A stretch of DNA of 64,000 nucleotides. It comes from Octopus vulgaris. Taxonomy: Eukaryota. Position 1 is the first letter of the stretch. The number at the start of each line of letters is the position of its first letter. Shown here piece by piece: positions 43,458 through 58,865 of the stretch. Both the position numbers and the translations under genes were made by a program. The notes beneath the pieces were generated by a model that did no database searches, was not told the DNA's origin, and saw only the letters and a list, made by a program, of their open reading frames with translations. The stretch spans positions 134,354,001-134,418,000 of the forward strand of contig OX597816.1 in NCBI GenBank assembly GCA_951406725.2, given 5' to 3'.

Positions 43458-43703
43458 AGAATTCACATAAAAACAAAAGACAAAGACAGGTGATGTAGAC
43501 AACAAACAGATGTATTAGTTTAACACTCAGGAAGTGAAAAAGTCTTTAGCGTTTCGAGCCTACGCTCTTCTACAGAAAGAAACACAGAAAGAAACAAGGA
43601 GGGAAAATAAAGAATGTCTATTGGCTAGCATTCTATGATGGCATATGCCAGACAGAGGGGTCACACAGGAGAGCTAGGAAGAAGGGGAGATAATAAAGTA
43701 GTG

Positions 43704-43797
<94 letters not shown>

Positions 43798-44172
43798 CAC
43801 ACACACAATCAAAGGTGCAGAAACGCGGTACTCTGAATAAATTAAAATGTAACGTAATCCAAGGGTAGAGTAAGAAATCCGTGAATCAGGTGCTCTAAAT
43901 CAGTCAGAAGGATGAGGACAGTCCATGTGAGTGTGCAGTAAATAGTCAATTCAAATAAACAGATCAAAAACGATAAAAAGAAAAACAATGAATGTGAGGA
44001 TCTGCATGGGAAGTGTATTAGCTTGACACTCAGTGAAAGAGGTGAGTTTAATCTTTCGAGCATAGCTCTTTGCTGGAAAGGAGAAAGGGAAAAGTCCAAA
44101 GACAGAAAAGAAGAAATGAAACAGCAAACACTCTGGCTGCCGGTGTGAAAGAATAACAATAATAATAATAAT

Positions 44173-44231
<59 letters not shown>

Positions 44232-44241
44232 CAACAATAAC

Positions 44242-44292
<51 letters not shown>

Positions 44293-47200
44293 ATAGAATT
44301 GGACATTTGCATTTTTAACTAGAGCTATAACCAACAGTACTCAGTCAGCTAAACTGTGACAAAATGAGATAAATGAATGAATGAATGAATGAATGAATGA
44401 ATAAATTTCATTATTGGATTTTTCAGTAAAATATATCGGAAAAAAATCCTCTTCCCAGTTCTTCAGAATTTAGACCAGAAGAAGTATAACAGAACATCAG
44501 TTGTAGGATTTGCAAATGTTGTGGACCCTTTAGTCACTCCACCATCAGTTTCTGACTTTGATGTAAAAGGCAACCAAGTGAGTATCATTAGTCTTATTTC
44601 ACTTCTAATTACCTTGTATGTTTCTGCTGAATGCCTGTTTCCATGTCTGCATGGAACAAGGGTGTTAAATGCCTCCATGGCCACTGATGATGACGTTTGT
44701 GATAAATACTCTTTTAAATTGAATCTATAACTGGGTCCTGTTGGAATCCATTTATTTGAGACAGTGTTTTACAACTGGATGCTCTTTCTGTTGCTCACCT
44801 TCCCTACTTTTCCAGTAAAGGATTATTTTTGCAACACAGATCTTTGAAATTATATAGCAATTAAGTAAGCCAGTGTTACTCTGAAATTATGGAATGCAAC
44901 ATGGCAGATTTGATCTATGTTGACAGATGAACTTCACTAAATGGTGAATATCACTAGATACTGAGTGGATGAACTGTCAACAAACTGTCAATGGCCAAAA
45001 TCAACCAGTTCAGTTAGCAAACTTTTACTATCATCTGTAGTTGTGCAGATGAGATATCAAGCTATTAAAAGATCAGTATTACTTATTGGTCCAAGCAAGT
45101 CACCTGACCAGCTGATGGTGATGATAATCATACTTGTTTGAAGTAAATAAAATGATGATGGAAATGATAATGGGAGTAGATCTGTAATAATGATGAACCT
45201 GGTCTTTACTTTGCTAAAGAAATAATGAAAATCAACAACCAAGTGTAAAAAGTGTCATCCTCATAGCACTGTGAATGTATTCAATCACTTGCCTTTCACT
45301 GACCTCTGAGCAAGAGATATTTCCTGTTCTGTTTACCTTGCAGCAGAATGGATAAAACAGAGAATGATAAGAGCTAAAATGCTAAAATTACCGGAAATTA
45401 TAATTTGTTTTCCTTCTCATTGCTCAAAATATCTGGTGAGGTAGAATATGTGATTACCACCTTAGATAGTTAAACTATACAGGGAAGGGTTTTAGCCAAT
45501 GACTGGTATAGCAGTATCATCATAAACTACTACAAAAGAAAAGGAAATGCCTTTAGGGAGAGGAAATTATAAGGCTATGGATCAAGTTCTGAAGATTGAG
45601 GAAAGAGTTGTAGCACAGATGATCTCTGACAGAATAGATCTAGATGAGATGCAGTTTGACTTTGGACTTAAAAGAGGTACCATGGATGCAATCCTCCTAG
45701 TGGGGTAGCTGAAGGGGAAATACTTAGCTAAGAACAAACCACTGTACCTGGCATTTGTTGATTTGGAGAAGATGTTTGACAGAGTACCACAATCAGTAAT
45801 TTGGTAGTCACTAAAAAAACTAGGTGTAGATGAATGGCTTATGAGGACTGTACAAGCTATGTACAAAGATGCAATAAATATAGTAAGAATCAACAATGCT
45901 TTCAAGGATGAATCTAGCATGAAGATAGGAGTCCACCAAGATTCAGTCTTCAGTCTTCTCCTATTCATTCTACAAGCCATCACAGATGAGGTTCAGACTG
46001 TTGTCCATGGGAACTCCTATTTGCTGATAATTTAGTTCTCTTAGCTGAACATATACAAAAATTAAAGAAGAAATTCAAAGCATGGAAACTAAACCTAGAA
46101 TTGAGAGGCCTCAAAGTAAATTTAACGAAGATGAAGGTTTTAGTAAGTAGGAAACATGGGAGGACTTCAGTATCTTCAGGAAAAAGGACTTGCTTGATAT
46201 GCAGGAAAAGAGTAGGTATAAACTCCAAACACTGTACTCAATGTAAACCATAGACACAAATTTTATAAATGTTGGGGATTTTTTTCTGTTAATTATTTTG
46301 TTAATTGTTCTTCTTTTAGCTTGTGAAACTGTTAGAAAGCTTTGAGTGTCACATGATCAAAAAAGCCATCAAAGAAATAAATAAGGATCTTTCCTTAGCC
46401 ATTGCTGAGCGAGCCCGTGAAGAAATTGTACTACCTACTGATTTATGGAGAAAACGTGTAAGTAGATAGTATTTTGTTTTTAGTTTTACAAGCAACATGT
46501 TTTTAGACCTCTGATTTTACACTCCTCCCACTGCTTCAAGTATCTTTCTTCAGAATGTGTTACTAATCATATCTATAAAAGGGAGGATTTGTGTGCGTGT
46601 GTGTGTACGTGATTGTAATTTATGCACATCCACAAATTAGCATGCATGTCGCTCATATTTTAGGAGGACATTTGTCAACATCCTATCTGGGTTTTGTTAA
46701 CTTATTTTTTTCCCGAGGCACCCACGGATAGGGTAAAAATCTATTTTCAACCATTTTCAACCATAGCTTTTAACCATAACAAATATCAGCCATTGCTTTC
46801 TGATGGCGTCTAACAAAAATAAGATAAAGAAAAGTGGAAGAAGGAGGCAGAGAGTTTCATAGGAAAGACAAAGGGAGAGAGAGAGCCATTGCTTTTTTGA
46901 CTGCGTCTAACAAAAAAAATACGATAAAGAAAAGTGGAAGAAGGAGGCAGAGAGTTTCACAGGAAAGACAAAGTGAGAGAGGGAGAGAGAGAGAGTAAGT
47001 GACTACATTCATAAAAAATAAAATGTTAAATGTTTTGTTTTTGAAAGGCACACTATATTTTATAATCATAGTATATATACTTTCTCACACAACAATTACA
47101 ATATATTTATTTTAAATCGTTCATCTTCCCCCCCCCTCTCTCTCTCTCTCTCTCACACACATTACTTTGGGTCAAAAGAGTTTTGTTTTTATCTTACGCT

Positions 47201-50200
47201 GAGTAAAAAAGTGTTTTGTTGACAATCCATTTATTGAACAACAAAGAAACAAAGAAACAAAGAGGAGAGTAACAATTTGTCAGTGAATTACACAATATAA
47301 ATGGGTACAATTTGCGAGGCTTCCACCACATCCCACTCTATTTCATGGACCACAAAAAGGGTTTTGAGGCCAGAGTAGTTGATTCCATTCAAAAACACCG
47401 ATTTTTTTTCTTAATGAAAATTGTGCGAGTGTTGATCTACAAATTTAACAACATTTTTTCCATTCATTTCTGTTTATGAACATGTATGCGTGCACAAAAC
47501 ATGCAATAGGTGTATGTATGTACGTGTGTGTATGTGTGTTCGCGTCTGTTGTCCATATATATTTATATTATATTATATATATATAATATATATATAACTA
47601 ATTTCAACGGATTTCGCCCAAATTTGACATCTATATTACTTAGTTTGGTTTGAAATAAAGAACTTTATTAGCTTAATAATCGTAACTTAATCCCGGGCAA
47701 GGCTGGGTTATACTGCTAGTATATTTATAAAGCCTGGGTATTTTTTTTTTAGAATAGATATGCAGAAATGGCTGTGTGGTTAAGAGGCTCACTTTGCAAC
47801 CACATGGTTTTGGATTCAATCCTACTTTCCAGCACCTTGGACAAGTGTCTCCTACTATTTCCCTAGGCCAACCAATGCTTTGTGGGTAAATTTGGTAGAC
47901 AAAATCTGTAGAAGCCAGTCCTCTGTGTGTGTGTGTGTGTGAGTGTGTGTGTGCGTGCGTGTGTGCATGCGTGCGTGTGCGTGTGTGTGCATGTGTATGC
48001 ATGTTTTTTTGTGTCTGTGTTTGCTGCTCCTTGTGCTTGATAATTGGTGCTGGTTTGCTTACATCTTCGTAAATTTGAGCAGTTCTCAAAAGAGTCTGAT
48101 AGAATAAGTAAGTACAGACTTAAAAAGTAAGTACTGGGGTCAATCTGTTCTACTAAAACCCATTCAAGGCAGTTCCCCTGTATAGCTGTTGCCCAATGAC
48201 TTGAAGCAATTAAAAGGTAAAAGAAAATATCCATGTGCGTTATAAGAAGTGACTAAAAGAGATGGCACTTGAAGAACATCTGGCTGAAAAACATTACCTC
48301 AAAAAGTCCCATCCAGCCTTTGCCAGAATTGAGGAAAGATGTAAAACAATGATGATGCTGTTTCTATCAAGTTTTCATTCTCTGCTTGAGGTCTTCAGCA
48401 ATGTTCAATTTGGAACCTAAAACTTAGGTATTTGGGTAAGCAGTTCGGAAGTAGACATCAAACTCAGGGGGGCACAAGCATGGACAGCCTGTCACAAGAT
48501 AAAGAAGGTCTGGAACTCCAAATTGCCCAGGCAAATCATAATCAAGCTGTTCATTGCAACTGTCAGATCAGTGCTATTATATGGCAGTGAAACATGGACA
48601 CTGACACAGAAATTATCAAACAGGTTAAATGGATGCTACATGAGAATGCTATGAATGATCCTAAATGTGAAATAGTGGCAACATATGACAAATGAATGCC
48701 TTTATGGAGACCTGTCAAAAGTTAGCAAGAAGATCAGGCAAAGACGGCTGCAACTATCTGGTCACTGTGTGTGCCCCACTGAACTGGAAGCATCCAAATT
48801 GGTCTTGTGGAATCCACTTCTTGGTGATGTAAGAAGAGAAAAACATCGTCATGCTTACATTGACAACTTGATTGCAGACATTGGCCTGGAATGTATCCAG
48901 GACCATGAGGCAGTGATGTTGGACCAAGAAGTGTGGTGGGTGGACTTTGTTGCTGCAGCCCAAGTTGGAACCTGGCCATAATAATAATAATTCTCTTCAA
49001 TAATTGGTTTCTGTGCCTAGGTCATGAGTGTTGGGTAATAACCAAATGAGTATCATTGTGAACACAAGCAGCTGAATTGGGGTTCTTCTTAAGGATGTCT
49101 GGCGTAATGTTACTTGACAGAGTTCATTGCTGAGAGATCAGGGAGTCAGTCCAGGTCAAGTTGCTATTTCTCCACATTAAATGGTCACAGCTCCAGTTCT
49201 ACAATCACAGTAGATAGACTGATGCAGGAAAAGATAGAAAGACTGATTCTCTAAGCCAAGCCAACTAACAGGTGATGTAAGGGTGGGCCAAGAGTGCAAT
49301 GGTCATATAATTAACCATAGTCTCACTTGATGGTACTTGGAAATACACCAGGAAATTGTGATGTTGGTTGCTTATCTGAAGAACCCTCCCAAGAATCGTG
49401 GGCGGTGAAATGGATGGATGGATATTTTTTAATGAATATTCTAGTTAATTCAATAACTGGCTAGAGTAGAATCTACTCTGAGTATAACTTCCTCTCTTCT
49501 ACTACCACTTACAGATGACGATGGTGGGTGGGTGATCAGAAGAGAATTAGAGGACTGTTTACCTTAGAAATGTAATGCTGTAATCTCTCTATATATAAAC
49601 GGCAGTTTGTCTGTCTGTGTGTCTGTCAGGTTGTACCCTCACCCTGACCATGGCTTTCAACTGATTCTGATGAAACTTGACACACACATAGCCCAATGTC
49701 ATAATTCAAAACTAACGCAGCAAAAATTTTGAAAAGTTTCCCCAGTTTTGAAAAGAATCGATAAATTCGACATGGGGTCGAGAATCTAAGCTGTTTATAT
49801 GCAACACATTTTCTGTCGGGCGACAGCTAGGAACATCGTATACATAGAAGTGTTTGAATGAAGAGAAGACGTTGCAACCTACACATGCGCCTTCGTTCCC
49901 TAGAGGGAAAGAACTAGATTGGGATTAGTCGTTGCCTACTAGGGGCTCTTACATACCCGGGCAACGCCGGGCTATGCTGCTAGTTAGTGTATATTTGTCT
50001 GCTAATTCTAGGTGTGACTAGGTGTGATACAACTAAAAAGACAAGAAAAGTTAACTTTCCACTAAAAGAATGCTATAGATCAAAATCAGTAACTTATTTC
50101 ATTTATCTTAAAATTATTTCTGAAATATTAACTACTTTATCTGGTCTTCCTTTCATTTCAGAAAACAAAAGGCATTGTCCAGTTGCACTGTCCCAATATA

Positions 50201-53200
50201 ATGAGTAATTTTAGGGCCCTGTTGCTGTCCAAACCAGAATCTGTTACATCTACAACTATGACATTTTCTCACACTCACCTCAATGCAGCTTTACAAGATC
50301 TTGCACAAAGTGTAGTTGCAAGAGAGAAATTAGCATATGAAAGGTACTTCTTCCATTATCACCACCACCATTATCATTACTCACAGTATTATTGTTATCA
50401 TCACAATCATCCTTATTTTATTCATTGTTGTTGTCATCTTTGTCATTATGTTTCTTCTCATCGCCTTCCAATCAGTATTTCCATCATTTTTACCACCAAC
50501 TACCACCACTACCATCATCATACATTATCACACATCATCACTTTTGCCACCGTGTGTTGATGTGAAGGTGCATGGCTCAGTGGTTAGAGCATTGGGCTCA
50601 CAATCATGAGGTGAGTTTGATTCCCAGACCGGGATGTGTGTTGTGTTCTTGAGCAAGACACTTTATTTCACATTGCTCCATTTCACTCAGCTGTAGAAAT
50701 GAGTTGTGATATCACTAATTTGCATGGGTGACTGCTGGTCTTCCATAAACAATCTTGCCTGGACTTGTGCCTCAGAGAGTAACTTTCTAGGTGCAATCTC
50801 ATGAACATTCATAACTGAAAGGTGTCTTCATTCCTTATTCCTTTTATTCCTTACTGTGTGTTGTTACTTCAGAAACAGTCATCATCATCATCATCATTAT
50901 TTAATGCCCTTGTCCATGCTGGCATAGATTGGACAGTTTGAGAGGGCTGGCATGCTGGAAGGCTGCACAGACTCCAGTTTGATTTGGCATAGTTTTCTAT
51001 GGCTGGATGCCCTTCCTAATGCCAACCACTCTGAGAGTGCAATGGGTGATTTTATGTGCCACAGGCATGGGTACTATTTGCATGACACTGGAGTGCTTTT
51101 ACGTGCATGACACCAGTATCTGCCATGATTGTGATTTTGCTCAGCTTGATGGATCTTCTCAATCACAGCATAATGCCAAAGGTCTCAGTCATTGCCTCTG
51201 TGAGGCCCACACTTGAAAGGAACTCAGCCACTTTAGCTCCATGAGGCCCAACACTCAAGAGGATCTCAACCATTTTGCCTCCATTAGGCAAAAGGAACTC
51301 ATCCACTTTGCATATCCAGTAAAGTATACTGGCTTCATTTCTTTCAAGCCTATGCATGTCCTCAGCTGTCACAGCCTGTTTCATTGCCATGTAGCATGGT
51401 TGTTCACACACAGGCATCAAACAATTTGCCTTTCACTCTGAGAGAGAGGTCCTTTGTTGCCAGCTAGGGTAGGAGCTCTCTGAACTTTTCCCAGCCTAAT
51501 CTTATTCTCTCAGCTATGCTCTTGGAGCATCCACTACTAACTTGGTCACCTAGATAATGGAAGCTATATACCCTCAAAATTATGAAAATTGATTAATGTC
51601 TAAAATGAGTCATTATTAATCAGATTATAATTTTTTGACATTTTTTCTTTGATATTTTAATATATTTGAATTATTTAATATTTTCAGGTCTAAAACTAGT
51701 TAAAAGTAAAAAAACTGCAAACTAAAGTAAATTTGATTACTGTTTCTAGTTATTCTGACTGATTATCTAAAACTATTGATAATAATCCTTTCTCCCATAA
51801 GCACATGGCCTAAAATTTGGCAAGATTGGACTAGTCAATTACATTGACCCTAGTGTTCCACTGTACTTAATTTATGAAAGGCAAAGTTGGCCTCAGTGGA
51901 ATTTGAACTCAGAACGTAGAGACAAACAAAATACCACTAAGCATTTTGCCCAGCATGCTAATGATTCTGCCAGCTCACTGCCTTAAAACTATTGATAATA
52001 ATGGTTTCGAATTTTGTCACAAGGGCAGCCATTTTGGTGGGAGGGGATAAGTCAATTACACCAACCCTACTGTTTCACTGGTACTTAATTTATCAACCCT
52101 GAAAGGATGAAAAGCAAAGTTGGCCTCAGTAGAATTTGAATTCAGAATGTAACAATGGTTGAAATACCGCTAAGCAATTCATCCTAATGATTCTGCCAGT
52201 TCACCACCTCAAAAAAAAGAATATTGATAATAATGAAAAGTTGCAGTATTTTAAGTAGATAAATAGCTTTCCTCCTGGAAAAAGGGAAACATAATTTTGT
52301 GGCCTGAGTAGAGCACTAAATTTCCCCTTATCTCTACTTATAAGAAGTCACTTTAAAGGGTGAAAATATATCATAAATAAATAACCATCTGTTGTGTTAA
52401 GAATCATTGACACCCCTGTGGGATAGGAAGAATGGACTAGCTGAACTCTTATAAAAAGTAGCGTATTGGTTGAGATGAGAGAGAGGTCATAGGAATTGTT
52501 GAGAGTACATAGAAGTCGTAGAAAGTCATTGAGATTGTTGAGAGTTTGTATTTATTGGAGCATCAATGTTTAGTGGAGTTTTTCGAAGTACATCATTTGA
52601 AGACAGCTATGTCTATCCCTGCTTTGTGAAATTCGTATATCCAATGTATAGAAGGATATAAAACCATCATTGTAGTTATCAGTGGTAGTGTCATTGCCAT
52701 TGTTGTCATCATCCTCTTCAGCATCACCTCCCCGCCACAACCATTACCATCATTATCATTTTCAATGTCATCGTTCATTCATTACTTGCTGATGAGAGTC
52801 ACAGATACAATCAAATGTCAATGAAATATTCTTTTGTTTTGCAGTTACACCAATTATTATGAAAATATGATGAAAAGCTTTCGTAATCAGCTTTATCAAA
52901 AGGAGCAGGTAAGTGGTACTGAAATGACACTTGAAGTATTTTTATTTTATTACATTGACAATGATTGATGGTACCATTATTTGTTTAATTGTTATTTTAT
53001 ATTCTTTTATTTGTTTCAGTCATTTAACTATGGGCCATGCTGAAGTACTGCCCTGAAGAGTTTTAATCAAATGAATTCACCCCCAAGACTTATTTTTTTA
53101 AAGCCTAGTACTTATTCTGTCAGTCTCTTGCCAAACCACAAGATTACAGGAAAGTAAACACACCAACCACTGGTTGTTAAGTGGTGATGGGGGAATAAAC

Positions 53201-53207
53201 ACAGATA

Positions 53208-53271
<64 letters not shown>

Positions 53272-56200
53272 CACACACATGCACACACAACTAGCTTCTT
53301 TCAGTTTCTGTTTACCAAAACCACTCATAAGTCTTTGGTTGGCCCGAGGCTATAGTAGAAGACACTTGCCTAAGGTGCCATGCAGTGACAGAACCCAGAA
53401 CCATGTGGTTGGGAAGCAAGCCTCTTACCACACAGAGGACTAGTCAAATACATCCCAGTATGTATTGGGGAATCTTTCTATGCTATTTTAACTGCAACCA
53501 GGAAAGTAAAGGATTAATTGATAATCAGGGCTGGTTTTAACCAATAAGATAGATTTGTTCAAATTGGACCCCATGCACATGCTTGAGAGGAGGACACTAT
53601 GATGAAGTTTTAGCATATCATTGTGGCTAATGCTGGAACTGATGCACTGCACAAAGCATAAGACATTAATCTTCATCTTTTGTAGAATAGAGGCTCCCAT
53701 TGACATTTCTCTAATCGAACCCCACAATACCTAGTGCCAGCCCTGTTGATAATAACTTGTGCATGCTCCTTGCAATGTACACCTCCACTGCAGAGTCATC
53801 ATTCTTTCATTAATCATTTTGGTATAGGTTAACATTTTCAGTAATCTTCCTTATTCCTCCAGTCATCTTATATATCTTCAGTCATCTTAGATAGTTCATT
53901 CGTATTTAAAACATATCCAAATTAGATTTTGTGGCATTCATGCATACTAGTGATATATGTGAAATAGAATAGCCATAATTGATAATTAAAACTGGTTCAA
54001 TTACCTCTGTTCTACTGTGCTTTCTACTCTCCATTTTTAGAATATTGAAACAAAATGAAACCAAAATTGTTGTCAAAGTTTAGATAAGTTTGTCTGTTCA
54101 AACTACACCAGTGTTTGAGTTAAACCCAGTCATGTCATTCAATAAAAGAATAGTCATTGGCTGTATAGTAATTATATTACAGTGAGCTGCACCTTCTCAT
54201 AATACCTCTTTGTGTTATCAATTTATCTGTCACAGTTGACAATGACAAAGAACATCACATGGAGGAAGACAGGGCATAGTGTGCCCAACTGTGGTCGATC
54301 AGCCTAGTGTGTGTTCAGAAGGCTCTGCTGCAGTTTGGTGGTCTGCTGGGACTGAAGGCAAGGCATTGGCTCTGGACTTTTGTAGTTCACATTTTCTTTG
54401 TGACCCTGCAATCTTATTCAGTTTGTAGGAGGTGGCACTTCTGTTAGTGCAGCTTCTCCAGGCAAGACAGTTTTGTGCTTACATTTTCCAGGTGCCAGGG
54501 TTGATTTCAAAGCTCTTCAGCAAGGCTTTGAGTGTATCTTTGAAGCACTTTTTCTGTTCACCTGCATGCACTTACCTTTTGCCAGATCACTGTAAAACAG
54601 TCTCTTGGCTGGCCTGCCTGCCTGACTTGTGCTCTCTTCAGCAGTGTGTAAATGCTTATCAGATCAGCTTGAGAGAAGACCTCTGTGTTTGGGATCTTGT
54701 TTTGCCAGGTGATTTTCAATAGCTTTCTCAGGCAGTTCATGTGAAAACAGTTTAGTGTTTTGGCATGGCATTTGTAAACCTATTTCTTTACTACCCACAA
54801 GGGGCTAAACACAGAGGGGACAAACAAGGACAGACAAACGGATTAAGTCGATTATATCAACCCCAGTGCGTAACTGGTACTTATTTAATCAACCCCGAAA
54901 AGATGAAAGGCAAAGTCGACCTCGTCGTAATTTGAACTTAGAACGTAGCAGCAGACAAAATACCGATAAGTATTTCGCCCGGCGTGCTAACGTTTCTGCC
55001 ATCCAAATCTTGCAGGCTTACAGTAGCATAGGCAATACAACTATTTTCACACCTTCATCTCAGTGGCCAGCCTAATACCGCTTCTTTCCACACACTGATT
55101 CACATAGCTGCCTGAATGCTGAGCCTTCCTTGGTGATGCATGTGTCAACTTCATCATCAAGATTCACAGATCTAGTGATGTGCTGCCAAGGTATGTGAAC
55201 TTATCAACGACCTTCAAGGTTTCCCCTTTGACAATGATAGCTAGTTTCACATATGGCTTCTGTGTGGCAGGTTGGTGTATGACATCTGTCTTCTGAGTAC
55301 TGAATGTGAAGCCAAAGTCGTTGCAGGCAGTTGAAAAGTAATTCATGCTCTGCTGCACTTGGGCCTTTGTAGCAATGTGGACACAATTAGAATAATTGAA
55401 TTGTTTTACCAATGGACATAATTCTGTGCTGGTGACAAAATATGTAGTGATGATTCCTCCAGGGAGCTAACATCCTATCAGGTCAGCTGTCTAAGACTCT
55501 ATAGACTTATATATCACTGCACACTGCATCACCACTATATTGACAAGGTATCAGATGCTGTTATACACCACTGGTCACAATGCACTCCCTTGCATTGTTG
55601 TAGCTTTTGAATGATGCCACCTCACTGACTAGGTGAGCAGGCCATCATTCCTCCTGAATGGAGCATTAATTCATTGTAGGTTTATCCATTTACAGCTGAG
55701 TGGACTGAGGCAACATGAAATGAAGCCTAAGAACACAATACTCTACCAATGTGGGAATCAAAACCACAACTTTACATTCATGGGAAGGCACATGGTTCAG
55801 TGATCAGAACATCAGGCTCACAATCACGACGTAGTGAGTTTGATTCCCAGACTGGGCTGTGTTGTGTTCTTGAACAAGATACTTTCACAGTGCTCCAGTT
55901 CACTCAGCTGTAGAAATGAGTTGCAACATCACAGGTGCCAAGCTGTGTTGGCCTTTGCCTTTCCTTTGGATAACACCGATGGCATGGAGAGGGGAGATTG
56001 GCATGCATAGGCAACTGCTAGTCTTCCATAAACAACTTTGCTTTGACTTGTGCCTCGGAGAGTAACTTTGTAGGTGCAATCAAATGGTCAATCATGACCA
56101 AAGCAAGTCTTTACCCTTTTACATTCATGAGTGTAACACTCTAATGACTAAGCCATATACCTTCACACAGACTTATACCAATAAATCAATCTGGTTGGGC

Positions 56201-58834
56201 AACTTGCCAGATCAATGTAAATCTTCTACACCAGACATCCCAATTGAGCAATGAGAGGCATAAATGTCTGGCCTGGCTTTTAGTCACATCAGTGTTTGGC
56301 TAGCTGAAATACCTCATCTACGCACATCATGACTACTGATGATAGCATAGAACTGGTTGGTCCTGGCTCTTGACAGTTTGCTGTCTGTTTATCTGCTTAG
56401 CATTTACTGATATTCTCAATTGATTCAATAAGATTCATTTGTTGAAAGAGTTCACATCCACCATGCTGCATTCAATAATTTCAATGTACTTTGGTTTAGG
56501 TGATTACATACCATTTAACCCATTACTGGGATCCTCACAGATGCTACAACTCTGGATCAGAGTAGACCTGGGAACAACAGTGGATAAGTTTTTCCACCCT
56601 CCTCAAAATCCTGGAATTCCTGAACCAGGATCCCACTACTGGTTGCAATTTCAAATCATAACCAGAACTTGTATAATCATAATCCTCATTATAATCATAT
56701 TTGTTTTCCATGCTGGCATGGGTTGCATTTTTTTCCTTCTTCAGTCATACTGACTCATAAGGGCTGGTTTCTTGGTTTCTATCATGTATATATTCTCCAC
56801 CAGAATGGGACACCAGTCTATTGTAGGATTACTCATTTTTGCCAGCTGAATGGACTGGAGCAATGTGAAATGAAGTGTTTAGATCTAGAACACTACGCAT
56901 TGCCTGGTCCAGGAATCAAAACCACAATCTTACAATCATGAGTCAAGCACCCTAACCACTAAGCTACATGCCTCCATGGCTTGACAGCACCTGATAAGGC
57001 CAGGAGCCACACCAGATAAATAGTCTGTTTTGGCTTGGTTCCTATGGCTGGATGCCCTTCCTAATGCCAACCACTCCACAGAGTGTACTAAGTGCTTTTT
57101 TACATGGCACCAGCACCAGTGCTTTTTACATAGCACCAACGCCAGTGTTTTATATGTGACACCAGCACCCACACCAATGCTTTTTACATGGCACCTTGGT
57201 TTTAGGATCTCTGTTCTGTTGTGGTGGGTGGGTATTTTCAAGTACAACAATGCACCACATATCTCAGGCAAGGAAAAGTATTTATTTATCACATACACCA
57301 ATGTGATAAACACTGTTAATTACTTGACTTTTAATTGTGAGCTAGCATTGATTGGCAGAGTTGTTAGGGTAGTGGATAAAATGTCTTGTAGTATTTGTTC
57401 CAGCTCTCTGTGGTTCTAATCCTACTGAGATTAACTTGATCCTTCATTCTTTCAGTGGCATTAAAAAGAAAGTACCAATGCAAGTTGGTGAATTGGTAGA
57501 ACTGTTAAAGGGTTAGACTAAATGCATTACAATATTCGTTCTGATTCTTTATGTTCTGAGTTCAAAACTTACCATGGCCTGCATACACACAAATATATGC
57601 ATCTTTATACACATACATATATGTGCATGCTTGCATATGTGTGTGTGTGGGTGTGTGTGCATGGAGAAGTATATTCTTGGTTATGGCACATAAAAGTTCA
57701 GAAAGTCTATATAAGTGCAATAGTAGACATGAAACCAATGGTAACTTTTTGACCAGTTATATGCCATAAGTAAGGGTGTACTACTTGACTGCATAAAATA
57801 TAATAGGTCAAAATTTCTTTTAAGAGTGTGCTTTTTCCTTATGGACAACCGACCAATATATGTGTGTGTATGTATATATATTTATATACACGCACACATA
57901 TACACAGAACGGGCTTCCACACCATTTATCTGCAAAGTCTGCACACAAGGCATTGCTCAACCCAGAGCTGTTGTAGAAAACACTTGCCCAAGGAACCACT
58001 CAGTGGGACTGAACCCAAAATAACATTGTTGCTAGGCAAGATTCTTAACCACACAGCCATACCTGAACCTCTGCTGAATTTAGATTTACTTTGTCTTTAC
58101 TTTTTGTGTGTGTGTGTGATCAGATCTATTGTTTTGGGAAAGGGAGGAATTAGATTATTAACTTTTTCAAGCATTTCTTAATAGTATTAGTGGTTTAAGT
58201 AAAATAGCTAAAACTGAATTCAATCTGGCTGTAGACACCCTTTCCAAATAGTTTACCATCTACATTAATCTGTGTTATAACATTCACTACATTCACTGTG
58301 GAATCATATAGTAAACTATATATGCTAAATGTCATAATGATTTGTATTTACCTGTAACTTATTGCAGAGATATGTTTATATATATCTATATAGATATCTA
58401 TTTGAGTCACTCTGTTACTTCTGCTAAATATTAATAAAAATATACACATATATTTTGAGTTCTATTTTTCCTGTTTGCATCACCATGCATGTATATATAT
58501 AAGTATATATATATGCATGTATGTGTGTGTGTGTATATATATGTACTCATGCAAATTGTTTTACTTTCTTTTTATGTTATCTGTGATTGACAGGAAATCC
58601 GAAAACTGCAAGATGATCTTGAAGTCTTAGAAAGCAATCTATCTAATGAAGTTGAGTTTCAGTTGGCAGATAAAGTATTCAATCTACTCATGGGTCAGTG
58701 TTTACATGAAAACGTATTTAACATTCTATTTTCCTCAGTGAATGAAATGTCAGTAATCAGGGATAATGATATAGGGATGAAGGTGAATGAAGTAGGCTCT
58801 GAATGTTTTGTCATCATCATTGTTGTCATCGTCG

Positions 58835-58865
<31 letters not shown>

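Noticed and set aside
42408-44334. ORFs with poly-M, poly-I, poly-L and CMYV/HTYI repeats
   Set aside because: Translations of microsatellites.
50563-50640. tRNA-like A/B boxes
   Set aside because: SINE heads, multicopy with LINE-like tails; no complete cloverleaf.
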